From positions 1 to 5,648 of the IMG/VR virus record IMGVR_UViG_3300031963_004653: DNA of 5,648 nucleotides; one strand, given 5' to 3'. Numbering within the stretch: the stretch's first letter is position 1; every line of letters starts with the position of its first letter. The notes under the pieces are model-generated. The model had not been told where the DNA came from. It worked only from the letters and a program-made list of their open reading frames with translations, and made no database searches. The position numbers were made by a program, and so were the translations under genes. Source of the DNA: a virus. Below are positions 3,196 through 5,648 of the stretch, piece after piece.

Positions 3196-5648
3196 ATGCA
3201 GATATATAATGCTCTAGATCTAAAGGCTGGTAAGAAGGCCGAATATAACAAGATGGGTACCCTTACCCAGCCTATCCAGTTTTTGTCTCAGAAAGAAAAA
3301 GATGAAGAATGGAGGGCGTGGAACTTAGATTGGCTAGAATTTCAGGGAATGAAGCAGCTTAGGCGTAATGCCCGTAGGCTGATGAAAAACTACAAGCTTG
3401 CAAAAGGTATTATAGACAAGTCAGATTATATTGTAGAAGAGGATAATGAGATGGCAGATTTGATAGATACTCTTACTAAAGAGGATGTATCAGCTTTAGA
3501 ATTAAAGTTTTATCCTATTATTCCTAATGTAGTTAATGTTCTTTGCAACGAGTTTTCTAAAAGAAGTTCTCGTATAATGTTTAGAGCAGTAGATGATATT
3601 TCTTATAATGAGATGTTAGAGGCCAAACGTCAAATGCTGGAAGATGTTTTGTTACAACAGGCTCAGATGAAGATGATGACTAAGATGATGGCTCAAGGAT
3701 TGGAGTTTGATTCAGAAGAAGCTCAGCAGATGATGGCTCCAGAAAATCTAAAAAGTCTTCCAGAAATTGAGGATTTCTTTAAAAAAGATTACCGTTCATT
3801 AGTTGAAGAATGGGCTTCACATCAAATGAGTGTAGATGAAGAACGCTTTAAAATGCAAGAACTAGAAGAGCGTGCTTTTAAAGATATGCTGATTACAGAT
3901 CGTGAGTTTTGGCATTTTAAAATGAACGAAGATGATTATGAAGTAGAGCTTTGGAATCCACTCCTTACCTTTTATCATAAGTCTCCAGATGTACGCTATA
4001 TCAGCCAGGGTAACTGGGTTGGTAAAATGGACATGATGAGCGTATCAGACGTTATAGACAAGTACGGCTGGATGATGAATCAAGAACAATTAGAGGCTTT
4101 AGAAGCTATCTATCCAGTGCGTTCTGCTGGTTATGCAGTACAAGGTTATCAAAATGATGGAACATATTACGATCCAACTCGTTCACATGAGTGGAACACT
4201 CAGATGCCATCCTTGGCTTATAGACAATTTACTTCTGTTTATGACACTCAGTTTGGTACAGGTGATATAGTAGAGTGGATATTATCTGACTCAGAAGACA
4301 CTGTTGACTTTGGTAAAAGTCATTTACTAAGAGTTTCTACTATTTATTGGAAGTCTCAACGTAAGGTTGGGCATCTTACTAAAATCACAGATGAAGGTGA
4401 GATTATACAAGATATCGTATCTGAAGACTTTAAAGTAACTGATAAACCACTTTATAATACAAGTTTATATAAACAAAAATCCAAAGACAACTTAATCTTT
4501 GGTGAGCATATTGACTGGATCTGGATTAATGAAACCTGGGGTGGGGTTAAGATTGGACCTAACCGTCCGGCTTTCTGGGGTCAGAATAATCCTGGAGGTA
4601 TTAATCCTATTTATTTAGGATTAAATGGTGGTAAACCAGGTAAACTTCCTTTCCAGTTTAAAGGAGATGCAACTCTTTATGGCTGTAAACTACCGGTGGA
4701 AGGTTCTGTATTTGGTGACAGGAACACCCGCAGTATTTCACTGGTTGACCTGATGAAGCCATACCAGATAGGTTATAATATCGTGAATAACCAGATAGCT
4801 GACATCCTTGTGGATGAGCTAGGCACAGTTATCATGCTGGACCAGAATGCTTTGCCTCGTCACTCTCTTGGAGAAGACTGGGGTAAAAATAATCTGGCCA
4901 AAGCCTATGTGGCTATGAAGAACTTTCAGATGCTGCCTTTGGATACTTCTATTACTAATACAGAAAATGCTTTAAACTTTCAGCATTATCAGGTACTTAA
5001 CCTAGAGCAGACCAACCGTTTGTTATCTAGGATTAATCTGGCAAGTTATTTTAAGAATCAGGCATTTGAAGTAATAGGTCTTAACCCTCAGCGTATGGGT
5101 CAGCCTATAGCTCAACAACAAACAGCTACTGGAATAGAGCAAGCTATGACAGCTTCATATGCTCAAACAGAACAATACTTTATACAGCACAGTGATAATT
5201 TAATGCCAAGAGTTCACCAAATGAGAACTGACTTGGCTCAATACTATCATTCAAAGAAACCTAGCTTACGTCTTCAATATATTACTGGAGCGGATGAAAA
5301 AATAAACTTTGAAATAAATGGAACTGATCTGTTACTACGAGATCTAAATATATTTTGTACTACAAAAACAAACTCTCGTTCTATTATGGAACAGCTTAAA
5401 CAGCTGGCTCTTAACAACAATACAACAGGAGCTTCAATATATGATCTTGGAAATGTAATTAAGTCAGAGTCTATAGCTGAACTTACTGGTGTTCTTAAAG
5501 CTGCAGAAGAAAAGAGCATGGCTCAGAAGCAGCAAGAACAGCAAATGCAACAGCAGATGCAACAAGAAATGCTTGCTAGTCAAGAACGTCAGAAGGCTAT
5601 GGATCTTGAGTTTAGGGCAGAACAAGCTCAGTTAGATCGTCAGAATCA
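3196..5648 (+). CDS. Portal protein, 3'-partial (open to the window end)
   Basis: Hand translation from ATG 3196 (in-frame TAA at 3184-3186 upstream) gives 817 codons without a stop. It begins MQIYNALDLKAGKKAEYNKMGTLTQPIQFLSQKEKDEEWRAWNLDWLEFQGMKQLRRNARRLMKNYKLAKGIID. Later stretches include FYPIIPNVVNVLCNEFSKR, LITDREFWHF, WIWINETWGGVKIG, SLVDLMKPYQIGYNIVNNQIADILVDELGTVIMLDQNALP and LNPQRMGQ. It is over 800 aa and directly follows TerL, the canonical portal position. The supplied track omits it only because no stop codon falls inside the window. Confidence 0.8.
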   Translation, partial: MQIYNALDLKAGKKAEYNKMGTLTQPIQFLSQKEKDEEWRAWNLDWLEFQGMKQLRRNARRLMKNYKLAKGIIDKSDYIVEEDNEMADLIDTLTKEDVSALELKFYPIIPNVVNVLCNEFSKRSSRIMFRAVDDISYNEMLEAKRQMLEDVLLQQAQMKMMTKMMAQGLEFDSEEAQQMMAPENLKSLPEIEDFFKKDYRSLVEEWASHQMSVDEERFKMQELEERAFKDMLITDREFWHFKMNEDDYEVELWNPLLTFYHKSPDVRYISQGNWVGKMDMMSVSDVIDKYGWMMNQEQLEALEAIYPVRSAGYAVQGYQNDGTYYDPTRSHEWNTQMPSLAYRQFTSVYDTQFGTGDIVEWILSDSEDTVDFGKSHLLRVSTIYWKSQRKVGHLTKITDEGEIIQDIVSEDFKVTDKPLYNTSLYKQKSKDNLIFGEHIDWIWINETWGGVKIGPNRPAFWGQNNPGGINPIYLGLNGGKPGKLPFQFKGDATLYGCKLPVEGSVFGDRNTRSISLVDLMKPYQIGYNIVNNQIADILVDELGTVIMLDQNALPRHSLGEDWGKNNLAKAYVAMKNFQMLPLDTSITNTENALNFQHYQVLNLEQTNRLLSRINLASYFKNQAFEVIGLNPQRMGQPIAQQQTATGIEQAMTASYAQTEQYFIQHSDNLMPRVHQMRTDLAQYYHSKKPSLRLQYITGADEKINFEINGTDLLLRDLNIFCTTKTNSRSIMEQLKQLALNNNTTGASIYDLGNVIKSESIAELTGVLKAAEEKSMAQKQQEQQMQQQMQQEMLASQERQKAMDLEFRAEQAQLDRQN

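Noticed and set aside
5274-5519. 81-aa minus-strand ORF
   Set aside because: It is antisense to the uninterrupted portal frame and is probably a chance open frame.
3196-5648. Suspected stop-codon recoding with suppressor tRNAs, because an obviously coding 2.4-kb stretch is missing from the ORF track and two tRNAs lie upstream
   Set aside because: Hand translation of every codon from 3196 to 5646 shows no TAA, TAG or TGA in frame. The ORF is missing from the track only because it has no stop inside the window. The two tRNA anticodons read CAU and GUC, not CUA, UCA or UUA. TerL and the other ORFs also read through normally under the standard code.

Overview
AT-rich, tightly packed block with every supported gene on the + strand. 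It reads as the DNA-packaging and head-entry module of a tailed phage or prophage. No start has a Shine-Dalgarno sequence, and the TerL and portal style suggests a Bacteroidota/crAss-like phage, but that is an impression I cannot verify here. Gene order: the 3' part of an unrecognised gene (3..509), two tRNA genes (500..589 and 599..672), a 72-aa ORF (689..907), large terminase TerL (894..3101), a possible 30-codon mini-ORF (3098..3190), then a portal protein (3196..>5648). The portal frame is open to the window edge, which is why the supplied ORF track omits it. I translated it by hand and found 817 codons with no stop. The tRNA at 599..672 is a textbook bacterial-type initiator tRNA-fMet with an encoded CCA. 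The tRNA at 500..589 is the most unusual object here: a canonical cloverleaf with a 21-nt class II variable arm (Ser/Leu-like) but an Asp-type anticodon loop, CU-GUC-UC, with U at position 37. Its first 10 nt also lie inside the upstream CDS. Other points worth a second look: TerL has no AUG start (TTG directly after an in-frame TAG, plus a possible +1 shifty stop). The TerL P-loop lacks GK[ST]. An identical palindromic octamer, AATTAATT, sits at -11..-4 of two start codons. GC and codon-usage islands lie inside TerL and the portal. I saw no CRISPR array, transposase, integrase, convincing promoter or intrinsic terminator. I found no evidence of stop-codon recoding.
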